A stretch of 64,000 nt of DNA from the NCBI GenBank assembly GCA_003427395.1, contig BFEA01000024.1, positions 1,833,563 through 1,897,562 on the forward strand, written 5' to 3'. Under the pieces are notes generated by a model. The model was not told where the DNA came from, made no database searches, and saw only the letters and a list, made by a program, of their open reading frames with translations. How positions within the stretch are numbered: position 1 is the stretch's first letter; each line of letters begins with the position of its first letter. Made by a program: the position numbers and the translations under genes. The stretch is from Chara braunii (lineage: Eukaryota; Plantae; Charophyceae). Positions 14,785-28,279 of the stretch are shown one piece after another.

Positions 14785-14790
14785 CACTAA
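13861..14790. repeat. (CT)n, (TATC)n and (CA)n microsatellites around an assembly gap
   Basis: Seen directly; N-run 14246-14723. Confidence 0.9.
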
Positions 14791-14927
14791 AGCTCTTTTT
14801 TTTTTTAATATTAACAAATAATAATAATAATATTAATAACTAATAATTAATAATAAAGAAAAATAAGTAAATAATAAAAACTATAAACAAAAAAATAAGA
14901 TAATAAAAATAAAAAGAAAGACAAAAG

Positions 14928-15208
14928 TTAGGCTACCAGTCAGGCCACCCGGGTCCCGGGTGGCCAGCCCGTGCAAGGACAAGTGATGGTCATTGGTCCC
15001 AGCAAAAAAAAACAAAACCAAACTCCGAAAAATCTGAAAAAAAAACGATGTTGTGCAGAAAAATAAACTGAAGAACTTTTGCCTCGGGGTCATATTGAAA
15101 TTCTTCACCAAATTTAGAATAAAAAATAAAACTTATTTTTTTTTAATTTTTTTTTAATTGTTTTTGACCTGGCCGGGCAAGTGACCCCCAACCATTCTGG
15201 TAGCCTAG
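14928..15208 (+). mobile_element. hAT-like MITE (CTAGGCTACC family)
   Basis: TIR (t)TAGGCTACCAG / CTGGTAGCCTAG; degenerate 8-bp TSD gacaaaag/aacaagag; homologous to copies at 18993-19926. Confidence 0.8.
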
Positions 15209-16068
15209 AACAAGAGTAAATAAAATATTTTTTTAATAAAATCAAATATAGATTAAGGGGGAGGTCGCGCGAAATGTGCGCTAACGTAGCGGCGATAGCG
15301 GCGGTGGCGGCGCCCGGTTGTCGGAGGCGGCTGCGTAGGTTGTGACGTCGAGATGTGGTGACGCTCATTTTTCACGTGGCGCCTATCCTGCCAGGCACCA
15401 TAGCTGTGTGAGAGCTATGGCGACAGTTTCCTGGCAGAACCTTGCCTTTGAGTGGGGAGGGAGTGCTTTGCACTCATCGCCTTGGCATCTTGGCAGTCCC
15501 ATACTCTACACTTGAAGTCTATACCAACCTTTATACCTAATAATACCATCTAGATACCAGAGTAGCCGTCCTCCCCTTAAGCCTTTTGCTCGTAAGGAGG
15601 GGCTCCTTTTTCAATATCCAAAGGTCGGGCGTTGGATACGCAGGACATGTTACTTCGATCGCCTCGGTCGTTAAGAAAGCACGAATGGGGGGGCGGTGCA
15701 TCTGGATGCAGTGGGAGAGCGTACGGTTGCGGTGGCAGCGCTTCGGCTTGTCCAAGGGTTATAGCAAGGCTCGGTCGTTCTATCTACGGTGCAGGGCAGT
15801 CTGAGTTTTCTTATATACTTCATGTTTGGTATTATTCTCTTAAATTGGTCGTTATGGTTGCTTTAGTATCCGTTTCTGGGTTATGGTGTAGGTTGAAGAC
15901 CCATGAATGATTGATTTATCTGTTGGAACACTTGCACAACGCTTTCCTTCGTGTGTTGGATGCTTTAATTTGTGGCTTTGTCTTGGGACTGCCTCTTTTG
16001 ATGGCGATGTAGTGTTGCAAGTATAGGAATCAGTGATGTAGGGCCACTTACACCTTACAGAGTTCGTC

Positions 16069-17330
16069 ACTCGTAAGTGGTCGGGGTATCCTTGTATTGG
16101 TTTAGGGAATTCCTCACAGGGTTGGAGGGTATGAGAGACCCGGTGAAGAGAAAACTAGCGTTGTATCCATTGGGTGTGTGGTGGGAGACCCATCTAGGCA
16201 ACAAAGACTCTTTATAGCGTTTTTTATAGTGAGGTTGAGGAGGTAACCCTAATGTTTATCTCTGCCCCAATTCTGTTTTGAAAGATGGCCTTTCTAGTTT
16301 CTATCTTGTAGATCTTATGTGTGTTAGTTACTTTGTTATTTTTGGAATTTGGACGGTTGTAATGACTTGAAGCCTTATGGGTGGTGGCACCAACAGCGGG
16401 AGTGGGAGTCTCACTAGTGGCGGTGGGAATGTTTCCCGAAGGCAATGAGTTAAACACTTCTTAAATTCTCGGTATTCTAAAGTGTTGGGATATGCCTGCA
16501 GTTGTCTTGGATGGTTCTCACAGGGTAGGGATGATACGAGAGACCCAGGGAAGAGCAAACTAGAGTTGTATCCATTGGGTGTGTGGTGGGAAACCCGCCA
16601 AGGCAACAAAGGCTCTTTACAGCGTTTTGGGTAGTAAGGCTGAGAGGGTAACCCCAATGACTATTTCCTTTTCCCAACTTTTAGTTATCGTGATTTCCTT
16701 TTTTCGATACTCTTAAGTGGTCGGGGTTTCCTTGTATTGATTTGGGGAATTCCTCACAGGGTTGGAGGGTATGAGAGACCCGGTGAAGAGCAAACTAGCG
16801 TTGTATCCATTGGGTGCGTGGTGGGAAACCCGTCTAGGCAACAAAGACTCTTTACAGCGTTTTTGATAGTGAGGTTGTGGAGGTAACCCTAATCCCTATC
16901 CCAATTCTGTTTTGAAAGACTGTCTTTTTAGTTTCATATTGCGTAGATCTTATGTGTGTCACTTTGTTATTTTTGGAATTTGGACAGTTGTAATGATTTG
17001 AAGCCTTAGGGGTGGCGGCGTCAACAGCGGGAGTGGGAGTCTCACTAGTGGCGGTGGGAACGTTTCCCGAAGGCGATGAGTTAAACACTTCTTAAATTCT
17101 CGGTATTTTGAAGTGTTGGGATATGTTTGCAGTAGTCTTGGATGGTTTTCACAGGGCAGGGATGATATGAGAGACCCGGTGAAGAGCAAACTAGAGTTGT
17201 ATCCATTGGGTGCGTGGTGGGAAACTCGCCTAGGCAACAAAGACTCTTTACAGCGTTTAGGATAGTAAGGTTGAGAGTGCAACCCCAATGACTATTTCCT
17301 CTTCCCAGCTTTTAACTATCGATATTTCTT
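16069..17330. repeat. ~635-bp tandem duplication, each copy holding two ~90-110-bp subrepeats
   Basis: Units start at 16069 and 16709; subrepeat gagagaccc...ctcttta(c/t)agcgttt at 16133, 16538, 16773 and 17169. Confidence 0.9.
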
Positions 17331-18089
17331 TTTGTAGTCCGATATATTTTGAAATTTGGATTGGTTGTTTTTAATCGTTTGCCTCCTCGGATGACATATT
17401 TCATAGAGATAATTTTACTACGTTTAGTTTAAAATTGTACGTGTGTAGTTTTAAACTTAGGGTTAATTTTGTATGCCTTTGGAATATTACTTAGGGTGGA
17501 AACTGTAAAATTCTCGTGAATTGCCTTGCGCATTATCGAGATCTGCAGATTATAAGTTGTAGTTTTTTGCCATTAGTGTTTCGATCTTAGAAACATGTCG
17601 GCCTTGTACTTCTTCTACGTTGCAAGGATATCATACTATAGGCTGAAGGAATAGACTAAGTGAGTTTTGGTATGATTAGTTCAGCCACCTTTTCCTGCGC
17701 TTCAAGGCTATTTTGAGGAATTTGTCTTCCTACTGAGGCAGTGTGGTCGTGGGACGCTGGACCCGGTTTCCAGCAAGTTTCCTTGTCAACACCGGGTAGA
17801 ATTGTGAGGTCCTCGGCCTCGACCACTTTTGGTTTTTGTAATATAAAGTAACAACTTCTAAAAAAAAAGAAAAAAAAAGATTAAAAAAATAGTAATAAAT
17901 AAATAATAAAAAAATAAGTAATAAAAAAATAATTAAAAGGTAATTAAAATAATTAAATATTAATTAAAAATAATAATAAAAAAGTAAATAAATAAAGTTA
18001 AGAATTAATTAAATAAAATATTTAAAAAATATATTTATTTTTATAGGTTGGTCTTTTTGCCTTCACAAAATGAATAAGTCTGTTATTAT

Positions 18090-18621
18090 CTAAGTAGCGA
18101 ATCCGGATATCCGGCAGACCAATTTTATCCGTAATTTTCAATCCGGATGAAATTTCCGGATTAATTTCGGATATGGAAAATTCGGTCCTGCGCAAAATAG
18201 TTTTTTTTTTCCCAAAAAAAAAATTCAGAAAAATCTGAAAAACAATTATGTTGTTCATATCAATGATATGAACAACTTTTGGCTTGAGGCCATCTTTGAT
18301 TACTCAACAGATATGAAGATAAAAAATAAAACAGAACAAGAAAACTATATTTAGATAAAAAATTATAGAATGAATTAAGCATCCCCCCTCTAACCCCCTT
18401 TATTCCCTATATGATCCCCTTTGAACCCTTCCAGGCGCTATCAAGCTTTTCATGAAATAGGAACGTAGTTCTATTGTATTTTGCATGCACAATATCACCT
18501 TTTTTTTTTTTTTTTTTAGGCCTTGTTTTTTATCATCTGGATTTCCGGATGATCCTACCCCCCGATCATCTGGCCAGATAATCCGACCAGGTTATCCGCC
18601 CAGATAACCCATGCTACCTAG
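18090..18621. mobile_element. hAT-like MITE with (A)TCCGG subterminal repeats
   Basis: TIR CTAAGTAGC / GCTACCTAG; 8-bp TSD gttattat/attattat. Confidence 0.7.
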
Positions 18622-18992
18622 ATTATTATGCTCACCAGAATGATGATACTCAAAAACTCAACTAAAAAACCACTACAATTATATACATAAAACTTCAAAA
18701 TTATGGGACTCACGTACCGGCACAGATACATATACACACACACGCACATACACACATACATATACACATACATACACACATACATACACACACACACACA
18801 CATAGACACATAAGCCGGTTGTTTAATAAAAAAAATATTAATAATATAAAAGTGATTAAAATTATAAAATATAAAATAAATAATAAAATCATAAATAATA
18901 AATAATAAATAATAAAAATTTAAAATTTAAAATTTAAAATTTAAAATTTAAAATTTAAAATTAATAAGAAAAATAAAATAATAATTAAATAA

Positions 18993-19568
18993 CTAGGCTA
19001 CCAGCCGGGCCGCCCAGGTCCCAGGGGGCCAGCCCGTGCAAGAACGAAGGAAGGTCCAAGCAGAAAAAAAAAAAAAAAAAAAAAAAATCCTAAAAAATCC
19101 TAGGCTACCAGAGTGGTTCGGGGTCACTTGCCCGGTCGGGCCAAAAAAATAAAAAAAAATAAAGATAAAAAAATTCTCTTAAAATTTTATTTTTTATTCC
19201 AATTTTGGTGAAGAATTTCGATTTGACCCTGAGGCAAAAGTTGTCTAGTTTATTTTTCTGCATTACATAGTTTTTTTTTCCGATTTTTTCGATTTTTTCG
19301 ATTTTTTTTTTTTTTTTTTTTCCTGGGACCTTCCCTGGTCCTTGCACGGGCTGGCCACCAGGGACCCGGATGGCCCGGCTGGTAGCCTAGAAAAAGTCCG
19401 AAAAAAAAAAATGTTATGCAGAAAAATAAACGGAACAACTTTTGCCTTAAGGTCACATCGAAATTCTTCACCAAATTTAGAATTAAAAATAAAATTTAAA
19501 AATATGTTTTTATTTTTATTTATTTGACCCGGTCGGGCAAGTGACCCCGAGCCACTGCGGTAGCCTAG
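18993..19568 (+). mobile_element. hAT-like MITE (CTAGGCTACC family) hosting a nested copy
   Basis: TIR CTAGGCTACC / GGTAGCCTAG; perfect 8-bp TSD TTAAATAA. Confidence 0.9.
19100..19390 (-). mobile_element. Same-family MITE inserted in inverse orientation inside the 18993-19568 copy
   Basis: Own TIRs and TSD aaaaaatc/aaaaagtc; the host copy resumes after 19398. Confidence 0.85.
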
Positions 19569-19651
19569 TTAAATAATAAATTCAAATAATTCAAATAATA
19601 AATTAAAAAATAAAAAAAATATATATATATTTTTTAAAATATAGAAATAAA

Positions 19652-19926
19652 CTAGGCTACCAGCCGGGCCGCCCGGGTCTCCGGTGGCCAGCCCGTGTAA
19701 GGACCAGGGAAGACCCCAACAAAAAAAAAAAAATAAAAAAAATTCCCCAAAAAAACTATGTTATGCAGAACAATAAACGGAACAACTTTTGCCTCAGGGT
19801 CACATCGAAATTCTTCACCGAATTTAGAATAAAAATTAAAAATTAAAAATATTTATTTTATTTTTATTATTTTAATTTTTTTTGGCCTGGGCGGGCAAGT
19901 GACCCCGGGCCACTCTGGTAGCCTAG
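19652..19926 (+). mobile_element. hAT-like MITE (CTAGGCTACC family)
   Basis: TIRs intact; TSD gaaataaa/aaaataaa. Confidence 0.85.
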
Positions 19927-21749
19927 AAAATAAATAAATAAAAAATAAAAGAGCAATTAAAAATTAATTAAAAAAATAAAATTAATAAAAATAAAAATAA
20001 TAAAAATAATCAATAAAGTCAATGGATGAAAACTTAATTTTTCTTTCAAGTTGGACGTCTTCCCTTCATAAATAAAATATGCCTATCCTAAAAATTATGC
20101 TCGCAAGAATGATGATATCCGTAACCAATGACGCCTCTGAAACTCAACTAAAGAACTTCTATAATAAAAAAAAAACAATACCTATACACTAACCTTCACA
20201 TAAAAAAACATGAAAATTATGAAACTCACATACCAACACAGTTTCGTACACAAATATAAAAAAAAAAAAAATTGAATGCGTAAAGAATACCGCGAAAAAA
20301 AATGATAAAAACACGAAGAAAACGATAAAAACACGAAGAAAACGAAAAAGACGAAGCATATAACAACAGACTGAGATACACAAACTGCAAAACGTTTCTT
20401 TGGAACACCACGCATAAATTTTCAGAAAGACAACAACTTGTGATACACATCCAAAGTAGAATGGTATGAAAAATAAGGACAAACTACATCACGGAAAAAA
20501 CGTCAATACAAACCTACTAAAAAACGAATAATTAGACTGTGATCGCTCCCACTACTGTGTAAGCATACCGCAAAAAAACAAAGATATGCATATGGTGATG
20601 AACCGACAATCACAAACGACGAGAGAAAGCTTCAAAAAGACAAAAACTCGTGATACACTTCCAATGAAATTGACACGTAGAATCAAGACAAAATACATCA
20701 CACAAAAAATACGCCATAAGATGAGCACTACAAAGCCAAAAAAACGACTAATTAGTATACGATTGCTTCTACTACTCTCTATTGCCAAAACTCTTAACTA
20801 CGCACATGGCCCTGTTATGTGCGCAGAAAGTCGTACACTCGTATAGACCACTCGACTGTAGAAGCCATAACCAAACTCGTTATTTTCTCTCCTCAACCAA
20901 AAAGACAGAAGCCCCTCTCCTCTAAAATCAGATAAAATCTAAACCCCTTTCATAAGCATACCCAAAATACGAGCTCCCTATTACCCCTTCCATTTCCCCA
21001 CTTCCAAGATAGGTCCACACGCAACTATAATACAATCGTTCTAGCTTGCATCGCCATCTACCGCAGCCCGACTGGCGCTACCGGACTTTCACGCGCTTGC
21101 TTCCTACGTCCTCCTAAAGCCTCAATACACGCAATCTGCAATTCCCTTCACCGCTAAGACATAGACTCTTCTTCTTACCCGTGCACACGACTAGACACTC
21201 CATAACCGAACGTGGATAATCTTACACCTAACGCATACTTAAGCGGAAATGTTGCGAGCGCTAATTTATGCAGGGAGTTGTTAATACAAGACAGACAAGA
21301 GGCAATGGCTACACCCGGGGATACCACATCCTCTCAAACGTTTCATCTTCAGGTAAAATCATAACTATCAAAAAGTGCCATTAATGTTGTACACCCTAAC
21401 ACAACACCCCTCTATGATAAAGTCTAATGGGAGATTATAATCTGACCTTCTGATGAGCTGCTATGGGTACTAGGCAACGAAAAGCGTGCTTCAGGGCGTG
21501 CACCCCCCCTACGGTTGTCTTCAACAGCCATTGCTAACCCCAACTTAACCTTTAATTTACTCCCTCGTAATTGATGTATGATGATTAAAACGCATCCTCC
21601 AGCTATGGAGTTGATGGCTAAGTCATGTTTCCTCTCGTAAAACTTTTTTTGTGTTAAACCTCTGGCTAACTTATCGATGATGTACGATTGGACATATACA
21701 AGTCTTGTTCCCCATAGCATATATGGGGTAGCCGTGTTATACACACCCA

Positions 21750-21822
21750 ATACGCACGCATTTACGCGCGCACGCACACACACACACAGACACAAACACG
21801 CACAAATGCGCACGTACACATG

Positions 21823-21882
<60 letters not shown>

Positions 21883-22367
21883 AGCGCTCACACACACACA
21901 CACATACACACGCAAGTGCTCGCACACACACACACACATACACGCGCACACACACACACACACACACACACTGTGTTGCCCCCCGTACGTCGTACGGGGG
22001 TTCTGTCGTTCGTACGACCGTACGACCGAACTTGAACAAAGTGATGAAACACCCCTCAAAAAACGTAAAAACAATATACATATATATGGGGATATAGAGC
22101 TTTTCGTGCTCTAGGCCCCCATATATATATATATATTTGATATTTGAAAAAAATAAAAAAGATCGAAACGCAAAAAAAAAAGGTCGCCCCAGGCCCAAAC
22201 GGGGGGTGAGTGGGAAAACGGCGCGAGCGCGCCCGTCTCACGTCGGCCTCTATGGCCCTGTTAAAAAAAATTAAAATAAAAATAAAAATTTGGGCGGGTG
22301 TTTTTTTTTATGTGAGAAAAATATTAAATAAATAAAAAATAAATAAATATTGATTGATTGATAGTTG

Positions 22368-22400
<33 letters not shown>

Positions 22401-22513
22401 CGTGATTGCTTGATTGCTTGATTGCTTGATTGCTTGCTTGATTGATTGATTGGTGGGAGAGGGGTCCTCCCTCCCCTCCCTCCGGCACACGCGCACACAC
22501 ACACACACACCCA

Positions 22514-22560
<47 letters not shown>

Positions 22561-22604
22561 TCAGCGAAACGCATGTACACACACACACACACACACACAC
22601 ACAC
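21750..22604. repeat. (CA)n and (TTGA)n microsatellites with CGTACG-rich subterminal-like repeats
   Basis: Seen directly; mirrored in inverse order at 27600-28279. Confidence 0.8.
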
Positions 22605-23752
22605 NNNNNNNNNNNNNNNNNNNNNNNNNNNNNNNNNNNNNNNNNNNNNNNNNNNNNNNNNNNNNNNNNNNNNNNNNNNNNNNNNNNNNNNNNNNNNNNN
22701 NNNNNNNNNNNNNNNNNNNNNNNNNNNNNNNNNNNNNNNNNNNNNNNNNNNNNNNNNNNNNNNNNNNNNNNNNNNNNNNNNNNNNNNNNNNNNNNNNNNN
22801 NNNNNNNNNNNNNNNNNNNNNNNNNNNNNNNNNNNNNNNNNNNNNNNNNNNNNNNNNNNNNNNNNNNNNNNNNNNNNNNNNNNNNNNNNNNNNNNNNNNN
22901 NNNNNNNNNNNNNNNNNNNNNNNNNNNNNNNNNNNNNNNNNNNNNNNNNNNNNNNNNNNNNNNNNNNNNNNNNNNNNNNNNNNNNNNNNNNNNNNNNNNN
23001 NNNNNNNNNNNNNNNNNNNNNNNNNNNNNNNNNNNNNNNNNNNNNNNNNNNNNNNNNNNNNNNNNNNNNNNNNNNNNNNNNNNNNNNNNNNNNNNNNNNN
23101 NNNNNNNNNNNNNNNNNNNNNNNNNNNNNNNNNNNNNNNNNNNNNNNNNNNNNNNNNNNNNNNNNNNNNNNNNNNNNNNNNNNNNNNNNNTTTTTTTTTT
23201 TTTAACACCCAATTTCCCGATACAAACCCGAAAAATATTTCTCAAAAAATACAGGACAACTTAGCGACCATGTCCCTCATGATAATAAATGAAAAAAAAA
23301 TATTTCTGCTTTTCTTTTTATTTATTTTAAAATACTTTATTAAAATCAATTTTTGTTTTTTATTTTTTTTGAATCTTAAACGAGGTCAGATTCCAAAATA
23401 AAAAATATAGGATTTTGTTTTTAAATAGCACCACTTAGGCGTTAGAAAGAGCGAGTATCAACAAAGAGTCATGAATTTGTATTCCAGATCTTCTAGGACG
23501 ACAACATAACGTTATATAAATCTTAATCGACCTATCAACTGAATCATTAGTCAGATTGCAAGAAAGAAATTACTAAATTTCAGTCTTGGGTTTATTGATA
23601 TGTTTTTGAAGAAAAACATTTTGAAGAAAAACAGACGCACAGGCAGGTAGGAAAATTAGAAAAGATGTTTATTTAAGGAACTTATACCTTACCTATCTCT
23701 TTTGTTCTGAAATTCTTGTGTACGTCGTTAGAGGGCAATTCTTATATGTGAG

Positions 23753-23846
23753 TTGTGTAGCACACCGAACATGTTCGGAGCTTTCCCAAATGTCCGAGCA
23801 TATTCGGGTGTTCGATCGAACGCCACCCGAACGTATTCGGCCGAAC

Positions 23847-23877
<31 letters not shown>

Positions 23878-24108
23878 TTGGTTTTTGATTTTTAACGCGA
23901 GTTTGGTTACGATCTTGACCATACCTCCAAGGAAAAAGTTGTTTGTATTATTATTTTACATAACATATATTGTTTTCAGAGTTTTTGGAGAACTTTTTTA
24001 TTTTTTAATAATATTTTTACGTTCGTGTTCGGAGAGTTTCGATGCTCGTTCGCGTTCGGTCCCGAACGTTCGGGTTCTGTCACCGAACCCAAACACGATG
24101 CTACACAG
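23753..24108. mobile_element. hAT-like MITE with CCGAAC subterminal repeats
   Basis: TIR (t)TGTGTAGCA / TGCTACACAG; perfect 8-bp TSD TATGTGAG (23745-23752, 24109-24116). Confidence 0.85.
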
Positions 24109-24605
24109 TATGTGAGTATATTCTCCATGTTGCATGTCTTTCGTCGAGAAAGAGTAAAACATATAATTTATCCACAAATTTACTAGTGTAGGATCAACAT
24201 TCAGATATCAACATCATCGGCGTGTAATCGTCAAAATAGGCTTTGTTACTTTGAGCGAATCACTATAATTAGGTTCGAAGAAGTCATACAATTCAGTTGG
24301 ACAACGATCGAAGCAAGAATGAGATCATCTTATCATTAGGTATACTCATAGCAAAGATTGCTGGTTACATCGAGGAACAAACTTTTATGGTGTTTTATTT
24401 AGTGATAGTAACGATCATAGCGTCTTGTCATTTTCATGAAAAAACATTGAAGGGATCAAACGATCTTATGTGCAAACTTTGAATAACTTGTTGTGTAAAA
24501 ACCAAGACGCTGATTTGCAAAAAATCTAGTTTTTGCGGAGATCCGGTGCCTCTATGCGTATCCGTAGCATTAATCATAGCATTAGTGTCTTAAGTGATTA
24601 TAACA

Positions 24606-24656
<51 letters not shown>

Positions 24657-27599
24657 TTCGTAACAACATGCAGTAGATGAGAAGTAGGGTGGTTCAGAAC
24701 TATACTATCATATCACGTGGAGTATAGGTCATATTCCGATGAGGGATTTACAAAAGTTTTTTTTTTGTATGTACTACCTAAATTATCCCATAACGTTAAG
24801 GGATTTGGGTTATAAGTATAGTAGCCCCGATGTGAGATTGTAAAGGCTTTATGAGAGATAAAATTAGGGGATCAAACTCAGGCGATTAACCACCATTAAC
24901 ATATAAGATAGGCAGGGGTGAACACGAAAAAAATGTATCGTAAGGTGTAGTGGAGCGCCGTTTTTTAACAAGGTTGATTATCCAGGATTTTTTACAGGTG
25001 GAGGTCGTAAGTGTAACCATTCGAATTTGGATTGCAAAGGTAAAATGAGTGCCATATTTAGAGAATCTGTCGTCATCATCAGGAAGCCAAAGTATACAGG
25101 ACGGGTGATTATCGCCGAAGATGTTATAATTCGGTCGTGTGTGAATTTGCAGAGTGCTATGGATATATACTACTAGTAGTGTATTTACAAGGAGATTTTG
25201 TAGGTGAATATATTAAGTCTGCTTAGCGATTATGTGTCCAGTCAGAGATGCAGCTAGTGAAGCAAGTGTGTGGGATAAATGGGTATATCGTGGTTTTCAA
25301 TTCTTGAGCTATATGTAGCAGTAGTATGAACTTATATGTAGTAATCTGTATGTATCGGTGTAGAGTCGTTCGTGTTGTGTATATGCGGGGTGAAAGGGCG
25401 GGGGAGGGGGNNNNNNNNNNNNNNNNNNNNNNNNNNNNNNNNNNNNNNNNNNNNNNNNNNNNNNNNNNNNNNNNNNNNNNNNNNNNNNNNNNNNNNNNNN
25501 NNNNNNNNNNNNNNNNNNNNNNNNNNNNNNNNNNNNNNNNNNNNNNNNNNNNNNNNNNNNNNNNNNNNNNNNNNNNNNNNNNNNNNNNNNNNNNNNNNNN
25601 NGGGGGATGGGGGAGGGGTTGGGGGTGAGGTACTGTTAGTATGTTGTCCTGCATATGTGTAAGGATCCAAAAAATCAATTAAGATTAGATAAGTGTTTTT
25701 TTAGCAAGAAAATCACCCCCAACTTAGTGACATGATATAATATCCGGGAGTGTGTGTAGTGGGTGTGTAGAACACGACTACCCTATATACAATGGGGAAC
25801 CAGACCGTGCATCTGTCCAATCGTAAATAACGCCAAGTTAGCAACAGGCATAACACAACATGGGTTGAGAGAAGAAAAAATTGAATATGTCATCAACTCC
25901 ATAACAGGAGGATGCATGTTAGTTTTGAAGAATTAATCAAGTGGGGAGCAAATTATAAGTTAGGTTGATGTTAGAGATAGCTCTTCAAGACAACCATAGG
26001 GGGGGTGCACGCCCTGAAGCACGCTTTTTGCTGCTTAGCACCCATACCAGCTCATCAAAGGGACAACCTATGACTCCCGTTAGGGGGTTAAGTATGTGTG
26101 TTAGTAGTTGTGGAAGGGTTTGGGGAGGGAGGGAGTTAATAGGTATTTTGTTCGTTAGGCAGACACAATGTGGTAAGAGTATGTAGAGTCATACCTGAGT
26201 GAGTAGCGTTTAGGACGGCGTAGCTTCGATAGTATCCATCGGGTCCTCTAGAGATCAGTTGCCACGTGTCACCGTATGTAGCACCGAGGACGCGTCTTCA
26301 ATTGCGCAACTCGGCTCGCACTCTCTAGTCAGGAGTGTGTCTGGTACAACACTTGCGTGGGATCGCGTTGCTGAGAAGGCGTTGCGTGCTTAGAAGCACG
26401 CGAGCAGGGATTCAGCGAGAGCATAGCATACCAGTGCAACACGGAGCATGAGTATGGACAACAGAGAGCGTTTGTAGCACTGTAAGTGCAAGTGGTTATA
26501 TACGCATGAGTCAAAGACGACGAAGCTGCATATAGGAGATGCGGGGTAGTCTGGCGATAATCATGTAGAAAGGTGGTTTGTGTATTTCGTGAGATAGAAG
26601 GGGTTTGCGTAGGGTAGATATGGGTGGAGGGGGATGCATTCATTATGGTCATTGGTATGGTAACGTGTGTTTTTTTATTTCATTTTATTTTGTAATTAGA
26701 GTTGTTTTAGTAGGAAGTTTTTTTTTTTTATGTAATCTTGTCTATCCCGTGTGTTAAGGCCACATTTTTTTATGGGGGGAGGGTGTAGGAAGTAGGAGGT
26801 GGTACGAGGGGTTTTTTGATGTTGTGTTATTTTGTTAAGTTTGTCTTATGTTATGGTGGTTTACAGGCTATGGGGTGCGTTCTCAGGTCGTAGGATAGGG
26901 ACATTTTGTGGGCACATGTTTTCAGTGGTATTTGCTGGTTGTCGTATTGGATAAACGTTGTCTATAATTTTGTTTGGAAGCATTGTATCAGAGTTTAGTT
27001 TGTCTCGTGTTGCAGTGCTTTGCAGACTAAGGTGCGTGCGCTTAGCTGGTAGGATGGGGACATGCGTGGTCATGTGTTTTTAACGGTATTTGTTGTGTGT
27101 CGTTTTTGCAAAGCGGCGACGATAATTTAGTTTGAATGCAACATTTCAATTTGTGGGTTGGGTAGCTGGCCGTGACAGGCTTCCGGTATGCTGTATTGTT
27201 GTATCAGTTTTATTTTTGTATCCCATAATTTGTTATACGAGGAGTTTTATTTTTTTATATATCATGTTTTGCTTTATTATGCAAATATACTTCAATGGCG
27301 TTGCTATAAGGAATTGTTTGTGTAGCTTTGTCGAAAATCCTTTTGGGTTATTTTTAATTTTATTACAGTTTTATTTTTTATATATTTATTATTTATTATT
27401 CTTTGAGTATATTATTTTTTATATTTATATTATTTTATTATTTTATTATTTTATTTTTATTTTATTATTTTATTATTTATTTATTTATTTACTATTTTAC
27501 TATTTTATTTTATTATTATTTTATTATTTTATTAATTATAAAAAAAATATTTTATTAATTATAAAAACTTCAAAAAAAAAAAAAGTAAAAAAATAGATT

Positions 27600-27621
27600 G
27601 AACTTATGTGAGTGTGTGTGT

Positions 27622-27662
<41 letters not shown>

Positions 27663-27730
27663 TTTGTGTGTGTGTTTGTGTTCGAGGGGGGGAGGCAACC
27701 CCCCCACGACAGATCAATCAATCAATCAAC

Positions 27731-27781
<51 letters not shown>

Positions 27782-27942
27782 CCCATTTTTTTGTGCGCTC
27801 GTGTGTGTGTGCGTGTGTGTTCGCGGGGGGGAGGCGACCCCCCCACACCAAACCAATCAATCAATCAATGAATCTATCATTGCAAGGATTTTTTGTTTTT
27901 GTTTTTTTCGTTTTTTTTTTTTACGATCAATCAATCAATCAG

Positions 27943-27986
<44 letters not shown>

Positions 27987-28279
27987 CCAATTAATCAATC
28001 AATCAATCTTTTTTTTTTTTTTTTTTTCCTTTTCGACCCCCAATTTCCCGGACTAAAAAAAATTATATATATATATATATATATTTTTTTTTTTGAATGG
28101 GGGGGTACCCCCCAACACCCGATCCCCCCCCAGCCCATCTGCCTCCTCAACACCCCCCCGGAAGGCCACGTACGAAGGGCCCAAAGTCCGTACGTACGGG
28201 CCGTACCTGCACTGAGAACCCGTATGTACGGTCGTACGGGAGTACGGACAGGTCGTCCCCGGACCAGGTGACGACACAA
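27600..28279. repeat. (TG)n and (TCAA)n microsatellites with CGTACG repeats; probable DNA-transposon end
   Basis: Inverse arrangement of 21971-22604; ends GACGACACAA. Confidence 0.6.

Noticed and set aside
16140-16175. Hairpin ribozyme-like text (AGAGAAAAC..CGTTGT)
   Set aside because: Helices 3/4 and the loop-B partner strand GUAUAUUA cannot be formed.
9463-25678. Long ORFs spanning N-runs or CA, CT, TATC and TCAA microsatellites
   Set aside because: Open only because gaps and simple repeats lack stop codons.
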